A DNA stretch of 64,000 nucleotides from Amphiscolops sp. MND2022. Lineage: Eukaryota. The translations under genes were made by a program, and so were the position numbers. The notes under the pieces were generated by a model. That model saw only the letters and a program-made list of their open reading frames with translations. It had not been told where the DNA came from and did no database searches. Positions 48,601 through 61,700 of the stretch are shown here, in pieces (positions within the stretch are counted from its first letter, which is position 1; each line of letters starts with the position of its first letter). The stretch is from assembly GCA_964187785.1 (NCBI GenBank), contig OZ076409.1, positions 22,756,001 to 22,820,000 on the forward strand, in the 5' to 3' direction.

Positions 48601-48690
48601 AAATTTTGGTGAAGATATTAGAATATCTCATATATGTGATATTCTAATATCTTCACCAAAATTTTAACTGAAGTATACTTCAGTTAAAAT
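48601..48690. repeat. Two abutting loop-less palindromes (48601-48664, 48661-48690)
   Basis: 64 bp with one mismatch and 30 bp perfect. Confidence 0.92.
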
Positions 48691-48875
48691 ACAGCAAAAT
48701 CTTTTGAGATAATAAAAATGTCAAATTTGGCAAGGCGCCTGTCTATGAGACAAACATGTTCAGTATCAAAAGATTAATGTGAAACTTCTCCAGTTCTTCC
48801 TTCCATCTTTCTTCCAGCGCAGTTCTCACCCCTGTCACAACTTGTCGCTACATACACCTGGTCTTACGTGAGCAC

Positions 48876-49305
48876 CAGTGAAGGCCGAAATTCATGGAAA
48901 ATGTAGATCAAATTCACGGCGCATTTCACGAGGAAAAAAAAACAAGTTTGCCGGTGAAATTCACGGAAAACTTTGAAAACATGGGATTTCAAGAACAAAA
49001 AATTGCTTTCTCGCACATTAGTTTCCAGTAACAGCATGTTTTATCACAACTTTCTCGCAATCAACATTTACATTTCTAAGTGAAGCAATTTGGGAAGACT
49101 TTATTCAGATTGACTACTTCTCAAATTCTAAGACTTTGATTGAGAAATTGGCAAGAATACAGTTGTCATTGATTGACAATTTTACTGAGAATCCCACAAA
49201 ATTTAGTTTGAGTTTCGATTACACACAAATGTCTCGGATTTATGGGAATCTTGTTTTACACGCAAATGCCACAATTTTACACGCTGTCAATTTCTACCAT
49301 CCCTA
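48876..49305. mobile_element. hAT-like MITE
   Basis: TIRs cagtgaaggccgaaatt / tagggatggtagaaatt; 8-bp TSD gtgagcac/gtgagcat; subterminal ttcacg repeats. Confidence 0.62.
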
Positions 49306-49664
49306 GTGAGCATATACAGCACCATACCTGTTACATGTTACATGTTACATGTACTCCGTGGTTATAAAGGGGAACGCGCATCTTGAGGCGACAAATTAAT
49401 AAACCGACAATCAAATATTGATTCGAGGCAAGTGGTTTCAATACTGATCGACCATGCGTCAAAATTATCATTCCGGTCGACCTAATGGCTTGTCGGTTTA
49501 ATTGCCTGTCGGTTTAATTGCCGGTCGGTTTAAGGCTTCACTTCCTTATAAAGGGATTTATATATTTCAGATAGCTTCCACTTACGACCTCATGCGCGGC
49601 AACACATAGAACAAATGAGGATTATAAGGTTTAAAGGTTGGACCATAGTTGAAACTGCTTTTTA

Positions 49665-49941
49665 CGGTGGCAAGACAAAATAACCAAAGTCAAAATAACC
49701 AAGGTCAAAATAGCCAATGCCAAAATATCCAATATGCCAAAATAGCCAATGCCAAAATAGCCAAGACCAAAATAGCCAATGCCATATAGACCAATACCAA
49801 AACAGTCAAAGTGACACTATAACATTGGCTATTATGTCACGTTGGCTATTTTGGCATTGGCTATTTTGTCACGTTGGATATTTTGGCATTGGCTATTATG
49901 GCATTGGTTATTATGACTTAGGATATTCTGACATGTAACCG
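49665..49941. mobile_element. Foldback-type MITE made of inverted arrays of a ~15-bp unit (caaaatagccaatgc)
   Basis: CGGT...ACCG termini; flanking direct repeat cttttta on both sides. Confidence 0.7.
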
Positions 49942-50400
49942 CTTTTTACATGCTGCTTGCCTGTATGCATGTTTACTTATTATAAAACCTAAAATATTCA
50001 GTAAGCTTCCGGTGGTTAATCTTTCAAGATTATGCTGCAGCTTCCACTACTGCAATTAAAACTGGAATAATTTCACGCATTGTCACCGATATGATATATT
50101 CACGTTATTATCACACTGTGGATTCTCAACTACTCGTGTAGTCATCACTTCTCAAAAAGCACGCTGAATATGACGCTAGTTTACTGTTTTTTATGTGACT
50201 GAAGTTAATATGCATTAAATTGCGGTAAAATTGATCCCCTCTCAACCGCATTCAAAATAGAACTGATGCATAATGAAACCTGCAAAACTTTACGGCTTAA
50301 TACTGCCTCCAAGTCTTACCGGATGCATCTTTCGAGGCGCTTGATAAAAGTCGAATACAAAAGGGAAATATTTTCACATGAAAAGTCTCATAGAACTTTT

Positions 50401-50926
50401 GGACCGTGTCATCTATTTCTCCCCAAACTGCGGCGGGGGGGGGGGGGGCTGAAATAAGACAGAAGGTTCAAATACCATTATGTCGACATCGCTTGCGTTA
50501 GAATTTTGGTCTAATGAAATAATTGATGTCGACATAATCCTATCCATCATTAAGATACATATTCCGCAACGAACTAGCAAGATATTGCTAGTTCGATTAA
50601 CAGCCAATAGAAACGGGTTATTTGATTACATTGACTGTCAGTTAAAAGTTGCTCATTAGATTTTATAGCGGACAAAATTTGCGCTGAAATAGGGGCATTT
50701 TATACAATTTTAGCTTGTTTCAAACTTTCAAACGTGAATTTCTGCTATTTTGGACAATATTATCAAAAATTAAGTTTTTTTACCTGAAAACAAAGTCCAA
50801 ACAATTGTAGAGACAATCCTCTAAGTATATAAGTGAAATATGTTTCTTCAAGAACAAAATGTGCTTTCGTGTTGGGGGAAAAATTCCCAACAAGGTGTAC
50901 CTGGCGTGGGATACATGACATGGTCC
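50401..50926. mobile_element. MITE with GGACC(A/G)TGTCAT TIRs (Merlin-like); diverged copy at about 11170-11625
   Basis: TIRs ggaccgtgtcatctat / ggaccatgtcatgtat; flanks gaactttt/gaattttt; internal blocks shared with 11260-11600. Confidence 0.6.
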
Positions 50927-52489
50927 GAATTTTTGAATGTCATAATAAACCGCCATAATAAAAGTGTCGTTGCTGGCAACTTTGAAGAACATGTAAAATT
51001 TCAAACAATTTTAACAAGGGGAAATGCTAATCAAAACATCAAAATTGAATTCAGCGATACTCTAATGGCTGTTGAGAAAATGTGATGATTAATTCATGCC
51101 TTACGGAGACGTTATTTGAATGTACTTTTGAATTGGGATATGAAAAAGATTCAAATTAAAACTTACAAAAAACAAATTGGCATTATTGAAGTTCCATTCC
51201 ATTCTTTTCCTAATTGCGACAACTGATCTAGTTATATAACAAGCCTTTTTTAATTTTTTGAATATTCACCATCAGCAAAAATCAGAGAATTGACTAATGA
51301 ATTGTCAAACGCATAAATTGGTCATTACCTCAAGATGTAACGTCAAGCAGCCGAAACAAAATTTCGTTGAAGTGTGCGATATCAAAAAAGTCAATTCAAA
51401 ATGGCGGACCTGGCAGGTACAGAAAATCAAAAAAGAAGCGAAAAGCGCACACAAGACACCCACCCCACCCCGATGTGCAAACGACAAGCAGAAAAGAGCC
51501 CCAGAAGAAGGAGAAGGCAGAGAATTCAAGTGTTGAAAACTGAAAAATGCGTGGGAAAAAGATGTACAACCTATCAATGGACTTTATCGAAAACTCTGAA
51601 ACCCTCATGAAAGACCCAGAAAAACCTTAGTTGATTAGTTTTGTTAATATCAAGGTAGTTTCACAGGTACTTGATAATGTTTGACCTATTAGGTTCTTGT
51701 TTTAGACATTATTTCGTGAATAAAGTGCACTTTGGCTTAACCCCTGTTTCTAGACCTCGGGAGTATGTAGGACGTCGCAGGAACGTTAGGAACCTTAATA
51801 TTCGTTTTTACAGGCTTGCGGGGCGTGTCCGGACTTTGAGAGTGCTGGCACGTCGCCTCGGAGCTCTAACAGAGGAGTCTCCTTAGACGTATGGAAAGTC
51901 CCCCTAGGAGACCATTTTGGGACAAAAACTGATGTCTAGGGCTGTTGTAAGACAACGGCCTCCTGTTTAAGCACCCTAGGCATTATCCCACTTCTATGAT
52001 GTACGCTGCTACGTGGACGTTACAAGAGGAGATTCTTTATCTGACGCAAATGTATCTTTGTTCATTTGGGCATATTGCTCAGTTCCACGTCATCGAATTT
52101 CGTGTGATTTTCGGTACACAGAAGAAAAGCGTTATGACTTGTAAAAATTTTTCTACAAACAACACCATGATAAACTCCTACACACAAAAAAAATCATTTC
52201 AAAAGTTTTTCAAAAAATCTCTGAATTCAAAAGACATCAATATTCAGCATCCACAGTTTACAGGAACAATGGTTTGGCAGTTTCGAGTTCTATGCGAAGC
52301 TGTGGGTTACGATAGAAAATACGAGAAATTGCAACTATCAAAAATAATTGATGAAACATTTTTCGTAAAGAAAGCCAATTTACTTTACAAAGTATCAATG
52401 TATTGATCAAAGGGACGAACAAAATTCATGAATTTATCATTTCTCAAAGTAACGTTCATCAGGATTTGTCAGATATTAAGTTTAATTTG

Positions 52490-52950
52490 AACAAGACGGG
52501 AACGTCTAAAGTCGGCGCTATATCTGAGGCTCAAAAAGCGCAAAAGACTTTTTAAAAAAAAACTTGAAATTTTTGATTTTTTTCTTTCAGAAAATGTCGC
52601 ATATTAATATTAATATATATTCTGTTGCAAAATATCAAAAAAAACTCGAAAGGGGGACTCTTTTGAGACATTAAAAAATTTTCAAAAAAAGTCGCACAGT
52701 GCCGAAAAAAATCGAAAGGGGGGACCCTTTAGTCTCGTCCGGTTTTGTAGGTTACGTTAAAATAGTAAAAGATTAAAGGGGGACCCTTTTGCACTAATTT
52801 CCGCTGACCGGACTTGGCCTTATGGTAGTAGTTTTAGTAGTTTCGATTGTAAGAAAAGTGGCCCAATCAGAGTGAGATTGTAGTAGACTGTAAAAAAACT
52901 AGCCACTGTAAGAGTCGGGCACTTTTCACTAGAAAACCGCCGACTAAAAA
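52490..52950 (+). mobile_element. Non-coding interspersed repeat, Helentron/DINE-1(HINE)-like; reverse copies at about 14128-14441 and 2595-3060
   Basis: Begins aacaagacgggaacg..aagtcggcg and ends cgccgacta in A-runs; the same termini occur inverted at the other loci. Family assignment is by resemblance only. Confidence 0.5.
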
Positions 52951-55900
52951 AGAATGTTGTTTTGGGGAAGCATTTTGTACGAATATTGTTTCACTTCTAT
53001 TGCACATTTCTCTTTGACTGAAGTTTTAAAAGCAGATAAAAAGAACAGCTAAGCAGCAAATTAGGATAATAACAAAAAGATAAAACCCGGTAGAGTCTTC
53101 ACGGCTCGAAAAACGCTTAGATTTTCAATGCTCAGTATGAGTTTCAGAAAATCTCACAGTGCGGATTTTATGCAAACAGGGCACTTCACAAGCGAAAAAT
53201 AATTTTCCTAAACTTGCTATTCCTTAAATAACAGAGAAAAAGATGAAATAGCCGAAACAATTAATTTTGAAAACTTTCGAAAAGTGAAAGAAAATTGCAC
53301 AACGTCCAAAATATCAAAAAGGACCTTTCAGACTCGAAAAAGTTTTTTTCCTTGCTGAAAACATCAAAATACGCAAACCAGAAACAAGAGCCTCTAGGTA
53401 ACGCAAGGTAATCAGCGTGCTTGGTGAGAAGTGTGTTGAAAAAGTGCAAAACAAAAGAAAATGAACCTGCAACTAATATTGTTTTTTCAAAGAAGCTCCG
53501 ATTAAAAAGGCCATATCTTTTCGGACTAAGCTTTCACCAACAGTTAACTACAATTGTAGCTAATAATGTCTCCGAGTCGGCATTACTGAAGGAGTTGCAT
53601 AACTGTCGAAAATCAAAAAAAAGGTTTTTAGTAATATAAACAAATAAGTTATTCGTTGGTTGGCCAACAGGCAATTTAAACGCGGTACAAAATAATCAGT
53701 GTTAAACCGGGACAGAACCGATTGTTTCTCTCCAAGATACGTTTATACCGGAAAATTTAGAAAGACCCAAAGGGACCATTTAGGGTGAAACACTTTTTCT
53801 TAACTGGTAAAATCACAAAAAACTCTAGTTTGTAATTTATCCGAAAAATGTTTTGTTCTCAAAATGTCAAACAGGACCAAAAAATCGTTGGTCTTTTTTT
53901 CAAAATAATTAGAAAATCGTTTGAACTGGTGAAATGAAAGACCGTGAGCACAAGGTCTCACTTATCTTACCGGCGCTTGATCAAGTCCTGAAATACTTGT
54001 CATGAAATACAGATCTTGTTACGCAATTATGCTGTAATCCAAGGACTGAATTTAGTTACTAAAACTAGCAAAAATGTGTCCGCAGTCTGAATGGCGTTTC
54101 GCTTGGTAAAGTTTCTTTCGTTTTGTTTGCTTCGCATACCGGCTTTGCGTAGCTGCTGTTCTCTAGCTAGTCCGTTTCTTATTTTGCAGTCTTTAACGAA
54201 ACAAATTTACAGGTGAAACCATGTCGTGCTAAAATTTCGTTGAGTGCGTGTCTTCTCTGATTTCATGTGATGGCGATAAGGCCATACTTGTGAAGTCGGT
54301 TGTGCTGAAACTCAGATTCAAGTCACCGGCAGTTAGTGTGAACAATTAATTTGAATAGTTCGACTTTTCACATGACTGACTGATTGTTTTTAAAAGCCTG
54401 CTGGTACTTTCAAGCTTGTTAATGACCACGAGAGCTCACTAAGAGCCTAGTTGTAAGACCATATATGAGCGATACTTTTAGGTAGAGCTTTTTTTCCTGA
54501 GCCATTTTGTTTTTAATGGCTCGAATCCAAAGAAATTGAACCATTGTTTGAAAGCTTGAGATACTTCAAAAATTCGTACTCAATCGACAAGGGTTGTTGA
54601 TAGTGTCATCTTTCTTAGAATTTTTTGCTGTTGCTCAGAAAAGTCCCTTTGATTTTTTGCTGATTGAAGTCAACGGGCTCTATAGGTGCGTAAGTCTAGC
54701 GATACCGCTTTTACTTGAAAATGGAGGAATGAATTTCAATGAAAAATAATCAGTATGATCATTTCACTTGCATCTTAAAAAACATTAGGTATACCCATAC
54801 ACGCAAGGTAAGCATATAAAAAGGAATTATTTGGAATTGTTGGAGTTATATACGACCAATAGAACGCTTTTCTTGTTAGTTGATGAGTTGCCAAACCAAC
54901 GGATTTGTTTGTGCATAGTTAATGATTTTAGGCAGATGCAACGGCACCCTCTGGTACAGCAGATTCAGTCGATATTAGAATTTAGACTTCTGACATGTCC
55001 AGAAAATTTTCGAAAAATTCTAATTCGATCTTTGACGTGGCACTGAGCATGTGATTGCTCTTTTCGCTGTTTCTAAGAAATTGACAGGTACTTCGACAAC
55101 AAAGAGCAAGAACGAGCAAAAAACATAAGGGCAGCCGCCACAACAGATGCCAGAGACTGCAAAAACCTTTGAAAATAGACTCTTTTACAGGTGCTAACCT
55201 TGATTTCAGCAGTATGCTACCTTAAGTAGCCAAAACCGTAAAGACGAGTCTTTCTGTCTAATTCACGAATCTGTGCCTGTGGTGCCCCAGCTTGCGAGCT
55301 GAATGTGGACATTGCCAAATAATTGTTGTCGACGAGATTGTTGCATTTTGTTGTGATTTCATGGCTACTTAGCAGTTTTAAGTAATATTCCCCAAGTCAC
55401 ACTGAATGGCGAAATTTACATTTATACTTCCTTTTGGAACGTTTTTAAAGGCTTTCTAAGCGGTAGTTTCAAAGAGAAAGCGTAATTCACGTTACTGACA
55501 GCAATTAAAGACTGGATAAAGCTGGCGAGGGCTCCTTAAGAGACGACTACACCCTCCTGACGGGAAAACTTTTACCCAGGAGGCAAAATGGGCATATGGT
55601 TATGGGCGCCTGTCCCGGGCAAATACCCATGTCATAGGTTCCTCCATCTCTATGACGGAACAGCGACAATGGTGAGAGCTTGTCGTTACAAGAGCTCTCT
55701 CTAGGATCATAATTCCAGACGGTTGGTTGATTCACTTTGCCCTTACACATTGGCAACGCCAAACCATTACAGTTGTTCAAATAATGGTTCGCTTTAGAGA
55801 ATTGACTTTTTTATCAGTGCTATATGAAATATACTTCGACTATTATAGTACCTTTTCGATTAAAAACGTTCTACAAAAATTGCTACGTTATGTCTAAGAA

Positions 55901-56104
55901 ATGAAGAGGCCTGAAGAACTACAAAAAGTCCCCTTGAAATTGCGGTACTGCAAAACTTTCAGGGACTAAAGGGCCATTATTCGAGTTTTTCGGCGCTGCC
56001 ACTTTTTTCGAATGTTTTTCTTTTTTTTTCGATAGGTTTCACGTTCGATCTGTTTTCAGTAAGACAAAATTTTTTTCGTGACCAAAGTTACCCCTATGAA
56101 GAGC

Positions 56105-56875
56105 GCCGTGTTGAGATCCCATGGGTTCCCATGCATGGCCATCGATTGCCCTTGGTCCGTCCCTGGGGTTAATTCGGAGGCACAGACCGCTCCCCATCGA
56201 CGTCCCATTGACGGCCCAGCAATGGTCCATCAATGGCAAAAAAGTGTCCGAAAACCTCGAATTCGGCAAAATTTCAGTTATGAGTTTTGAGTGCTGTCAT
56301 GCAATATCATTCCGGTTTGGGTTTTTGGTTTCAAGGGTTTCCCTAACGACCCGTGTAGCATTAAGGACGCTTTTCGGATTTTCTAGAGCCGCTAGATAGG
56401 TAAAAGTTTTTGTATTTTTGGAGCAATTTTATCGATTTAGGAGCAATCAAAAAATTGGCATTTTCATATTTTAGGTGTATTTTCTTGGAGGAGTATTTAA
56501 AGATTAAGATCTAGAGGAATAAGATCGATCGTTTAGATCAAAAACTTTGACATGAACAACTTCGTAAAGGAGAATAAGATCTAAAAGTGAGAGGAATAAG
56601 ATCTAAATTTAGATATTATTCCCTTTTCCGATCAAAGTATTCAGATCTTATGCCCTCCTCTAGAGAAATTAGTTTTTTTGACTGTTCATGGTTCAGAGTG
56701 AGAATTCTCAAAATCTATAGTGAATTCCAGATCAGGGTTATTTTGGCTCTTCGAAGGTAAAATTTTTTTACTTCGATGGTAAAAAGGTCGGCGGCCATGT
56801 CAATGGGCTATCGATGGGGATGCGATGGCCCATCGATGCCCCATGGATGGGCTATCCTGGGAACCCAACCCGGGG
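56105..56875. mobile_element. Probable non-autonomous TIR element with catcgat/cccatg subterminal repeats
   Basis: ccgtgttgagatccc vs reverse-complemented end ccgggttgggttccc; GC-rich repeated motifs at both ends. Confidence 0.45.
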
Positions 56876-59029
56876 CAATTCTCTAAAACTTGCTCAAGAT
56901 CAGTTATTGTGAAAATTCTCAAACATTTCATAAAGGCCACCAAAGCTCGAAACACACTTTTTTCTAACTAAAGTTATCGAAAACACCAAGGGAAACCATC
57001 TGGTCTCGTAAATGGTTTAAAAGTAAACAAAAATGTACCTTTTGATGCGTTGTATGTTTGCTACATTACGATACATTTCCACTAAGAAGTTGAACAAAAT
57101 AGTGGACCTTCCAGTGCCACCCGGAGAAAAACTACCCACTTGCTTTTTCTTTAAAAATACTGACTAAAAAGGACATTTTATTGTTTTCAGCATATACCCC
57201 TGATAGAGGAGACTTTTCACACTTTTTTGCCTGGCCATTTATTTTTCTTTTCAAATGCTTTCTTTAAAAAAGAAAACTTATATCGCTTTGTTTTTTCACT
57301 TGTCATAATTAGCGAGACATTGTTCTTTTGAAAACGCTTTTCGAGAAAAGAAAAAGGTAAAATTCACTCTACTTTAGGTCAAATTTAAATACGGATTTGG
57401 AGGTACTTCTCAAAGACTTTTAAACATTTTTTCACAAGAAGATCTGAAAAAACGCTGAAGTTGGTAATTGACGAAAAGTGTTTAAACTCATAATTCCTTG
57501 TGTATGATAACAAAAGGTTTTTGTTGCCAGGCTTAAAAAAGAATTTATTTGGGAGCCCTTTTAAGCTGCTTTTTAGGATTAGATAATTGCTTTCCTCATT
57601 TGTGGGGCTTTTATCAGGGCATTTGAAGTTTCTCAAGCTCTTAATGTTTTCCCAAGAGTTAAGTAGCATCGATGGAAAACAAAACTAATGGCTTTTGTTC
57701 GCTCTCCCAATAGAATTCATAAAAGTTATTTCTTCGTATCAATATGTCGGCTTGAAAAGTCGCTTTTAGCTTGGTAATTTTGAAACTTGCTAAAACGTTG
57801 TTTTTGAAGCAACAGTTTTGTTTAGCTGAGGAAAAAACCATTCTAGGGGTTTTTTTAGTTTCTAAGGAACCATTAGTTTCTAAAAAACCATTCTAAGGAA
57901 ATCTATAGTGAATTCCAGATCAGGGTTATTTTGGCTCTTCGAAGGTAAAATTTTTTTACTTCGATGGTAAAAAGGTCGGCGGCCATGTCAATGGGCTATC
58001 GATGGGGATGCGATGGCCCATCGATGCCCCATGGATGGGCTATCCTGGGAACCCAACCCGGGGCAATTCTCTAAAACTTGCTCAAGATCAGTTATTGTGA
58101 AAATTCTCAAACATTTCATAAAGGCCACCAAAGCTCGAAACACACTTTTTTCTAACTAAAGTTATCGAAAACACCAAGGGAAACCATCTGGTCTCGTAAA
58201 TGGTTTAAAGGTAAACAAAAATGTACCTTTTGATGCGTTGTATGTTTGCTACATTACGATACATTTCCACTAAGAAGTTGAACAAAATAGTGGACCTTCC
58301 AGTGCCACCCGGAGAAAAACTACCCACTTGCTTTTTCTTTAAAAATACTGACTAAAAAGGACATTTTATTGTTTTCAGCATATACCCCTGATAGAGGAGA
58401 CTTTTCACACTTTTTTGCCTGGCCATTTAATTTTTTTTCAAATGCTTTCTTTAAAAAAGAAAACTTATATCGCTTTGTTTTTTCACTTGTCATAATTAGC
58501 GAGACATTGTTCTTTTGAAAACGCTTTTCGAGAAAAGAAAAAGGTAAAATTCACTCTACTTTAGGTCAAATTTAAATACGGATTTGGAGGTACTTCTCAA
58601 AGACTTTTAAACATTTTTTCACAAGAAGATCTGAAAAAACGCTGAAGTTGGTAATTGACGAAAAGTGTTTAAACTCATAATTCCTTGTGTATGATAACAA
58701 AAGGTTTTTGTTGCCAGGCTTAAAAAAGAATTTATTTGGGAGCCCTTTTAAGCTGCTTTTTAGGATTAGATAATTGCTTTCCTCATTTGTGGGGCTTTTA
58801 TCAGGGCATTTGAAGTTTCTCAAGCTCTTAATGTTTTCCCAAGAGTTAAGTAGCATCGATGGAAAACAAAACTAATGGCTTTTGTTCGCTCTCCCAATAA
58901 AATTCATAAAAGTTATTTCTTCGTATCAATATGTCGGCTTGAAAAGTCGCTTTTAGCTTGGTAATTTTGAAACTTGCTAAAACGTTGTTTTTGAAGCAAC
59001 AGTTTTGTTTAGCTGAGGAAAAAACCATT
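56711..59029 (+). repeat. Tandem duplication of ~1.13 kb (56711-57842, 57899-59029) with a 56-bp spacer
   Basis: Duplicated ORFs in the track; only a few substitutions and one indel seen. Confidence 0.93.
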
Positions 59030-59286
59030 AGCCAAGCGAATCTAAATTGTACTTGATCATTTCAAAAAAGTAAAAAAAGTAATATGTAAGTTTTTTTGGA
59101 ATTTGGTTGAATTCGTTCAGTAAAGGGAGTTTTTCGAACAACAAAAGAATTAAATTCTTGATATAGAGTCAAAAGTGCTTCTATAAACGAACTCAAGTAA
59201 GTCATAAAAGTTTTTTCTCCGAAAAAGTCTAAGCTGACTGTTAAAATCGAGTTTTTCAGAAGTTTAAAAATGTATTTTTCCCAACA

Positions 59287-59499
59287 GGATTACCTTACAA
59301 TTACCCCCATTTTCGAAAACGGTAAACCCTACTATGTCATAGTAAGATAATAGTACAATCATGTTCAGTCATTCCATGATCATAGTCTTTGCCATGCTAA
59401 CCATTATATGAACATACTATAATGATCATTTTGTGCCATGATCTTAATATGGCAGTAGGGTTCACCGCTTTCGAATATTAATTAATATTAAGGTAATCC
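59287..59499. mobile_element. Small inverted-repeat (MITE-like) element
   Basis: ttcgaaaacggtaaaccctact / agtagggttcaccgctttcgaa, plus outer ggattacctta / taaggtaatcc. Confidence 0.55.
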
Positions 59500-60479
59500 T
59501 TAAGGTAATCATGTAATAAAAAAACTTTTGGATTTTGGAGATACAGATTTTTTTCGGAAAGGACACAAATGACAAAATCCCATTTTTTTCGAAATTTCAT
59601 CGGTGGAAAATTGCCCAACGCATTTTTTGTAAGTATGTCATGTTTGGAAAAATGTTATCAGAATTTGTAAGGAATGTTCGACATTGTACCATACTTGCAA
59701 GTTTGCGATTCTCAGACAATTTTGTAAGAAATGCATACATTTTCAAAGTATAATTCACGTAACATTCATGATGTATAAACATCCACTTGAGCTATATTTT
59801 CCTGAGGTGGTGATAACTATAATAACCGCCAAAAGCAGAAACAGATGATCTGCATCAGTTATGCTCGCGGTGCATTGTATCCCTTGACCTTGTTCAAATC
59901 CAATTAGACTAGATCTTACATATTCGGTGTTAAATTAATAATCTGGTTGGCGAGGCTAGTTTCGAATTTGATGTTTTGTTCATGTGCTCAGGTTCCTGGA
60001 AAATAGGGTGGTTTGCAAAAAATATTATACACAGTATTGAGATTACATGACACTCAGTTTCTAATGGGGGTTTTCCAATGTCGCCAATTATACTGCACTG
60101 GCATTAGGGTGCCTCAATATTTCTCAGGGTAGTAACAACCGTTTGGCTAGCATCATTTTAACAGAAAAGCAGTCAAGTTTCACTGGAATGTCGAAAATCG
60201 AGCTGTCAAAAACACGTTTTCAATAATTCGATATTAGCAAAAATATTAGTTTGACATTCCATTCCAGAGAAAAAACAATTTCATAAAAAGGAATTTCTAG
60301 GTGAACAAAAAATGGAAAGCCTAAAAATAGCGCTGGAAAATATTTTTAAACAAGGACCTAAAAGTTTAGAATAGAATAGAAAAGTTTATTTATTCTAAAA
60401 AATACACAAAAGCTAAACGTTATAGATATCTTTAAGAAAAGGACAAAAGAAAAACTTTTCAGCTCGTTGAGCTTTGGCC

Positions 60480-61700
60480 TAGTCATGACCGGCTAAACTT
60501 GTATCAAGGTATAGCCTAGGTGACTCAATTCGTAATTGTTTGAAAACCTCTTTCACCACTTCGACGAAGAACATTTCGTAGACATTGAAAAAATTATATT
60601 TCGTGTAAACGTTTTGTAGTGTCCCATTGTCGCCGGTAGAAAATAGCCCAAAAAATTCTTCGCTGAGCTTTATCGATATGCTCAAGGCTCGTTTTACAAG
60701 TAGATCCATAGTTAACAATTAATTGTTTGGAATTACGCTTGTGGTACTTTCACCGCATGTTCGCATGTTCATTGACTTCACTTGTTTCTTCAATCGATTT
60801 GATGCAATTTTTGATCCAATAGAAAATTAAAATTTAGGGCTTTCGGCCCTTTGAGATTTTGCAAGCATCTAGTTTTGAAGAAAAGGTCGTCCGTTCTCTT
60901 TATGGCAGAGGAAAAAGATCTTCATGATATGACATTCAAAATTGGTTTCAAACTGAACAGCGTGGATACTCAGTTGAATGCTTATATACATTCCCACGCC
61001 ACCTCTCAATTGTCCATACGTTCGAGGTTTAGATTCAACGGGCTGATAGCCAGCAATACTGAAAGAGATCATTTCCTGTGAGCCAAGTTCCAGTGAGTAC
61101 AAAAAGAAGTGAAAAGTGTTTCCATTCGCATAATTCAGCTGGTGATTCATCAAAATGTTACCTAAGTGATCTTATATTCAAACCTAGACAAAAACCATTT
61201 TTAGATGGATTGTTCACAGTTATTGATTGGTTCTCATTAGTTTTCATAAAATAAAAGTAGAGTTTGTTTTGTTGTTTCAGAAGGGGGTGGTTCGCAGTCA
61301 AACTCCATGGTAGCTCAGTTACGCTGATTCAGAAAAGAATTGTACGTTGAGTATTTTTTATGTACGTCAGAAGTTTGACCGCAAACAGTTTTATCGATGA
61401 TCCATTGGTGTTGTTGAATTAATTGCAATGTTCTCAGATATTAACTGCAGCGGGTCCAAACAGATATTTTTCAAAACTGTCATACATTCATCTGCTTGTG
61501 ATTCTCGTATGCGTTTGAGTGCACTCTTCAATATTGCTTCATTGATATTACGTTTAACCCTTGGTGTTTGTACAGAGGACTGTTTATCATTTATTCTGTT
61601 AAAATATCTGAAAATGACTTGTGATTCGACGTAGGCACAGCTTCAAGTGACGATCGGTTAGAATTTTAAATAGTGTCTTTTAACTTTGCAGTTGGAACTA
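60480..61700 (-). mobile_element. Decayed LINE 5' portion (APE endonuclease, possibly ORF1)
   Basis: 'GYQPVESKPR...RGGVGMYI' is the typical APE RGGGV motif; boundaries approximate. Confidence 0.6.

Noticed and set aside
48780..48860. Candidate first coding exon of the GPCR
   Set aside because: The ATG-initiated frame stops after about 10 codons and no compatible donor was found.
49665..49941. CRISPR-like array or repetitive protein (QNSQ ORF)
   Set aside because: Units are contiguous with no unique spacers, arranged as an inverted pair, in a eukaryotic context.
57385..59028. Duplicated 94-aa and 60-aa ORFs as a gene pair
   Set aside because: AT-rich chance ORFs repeated only because of the tandem duplication.
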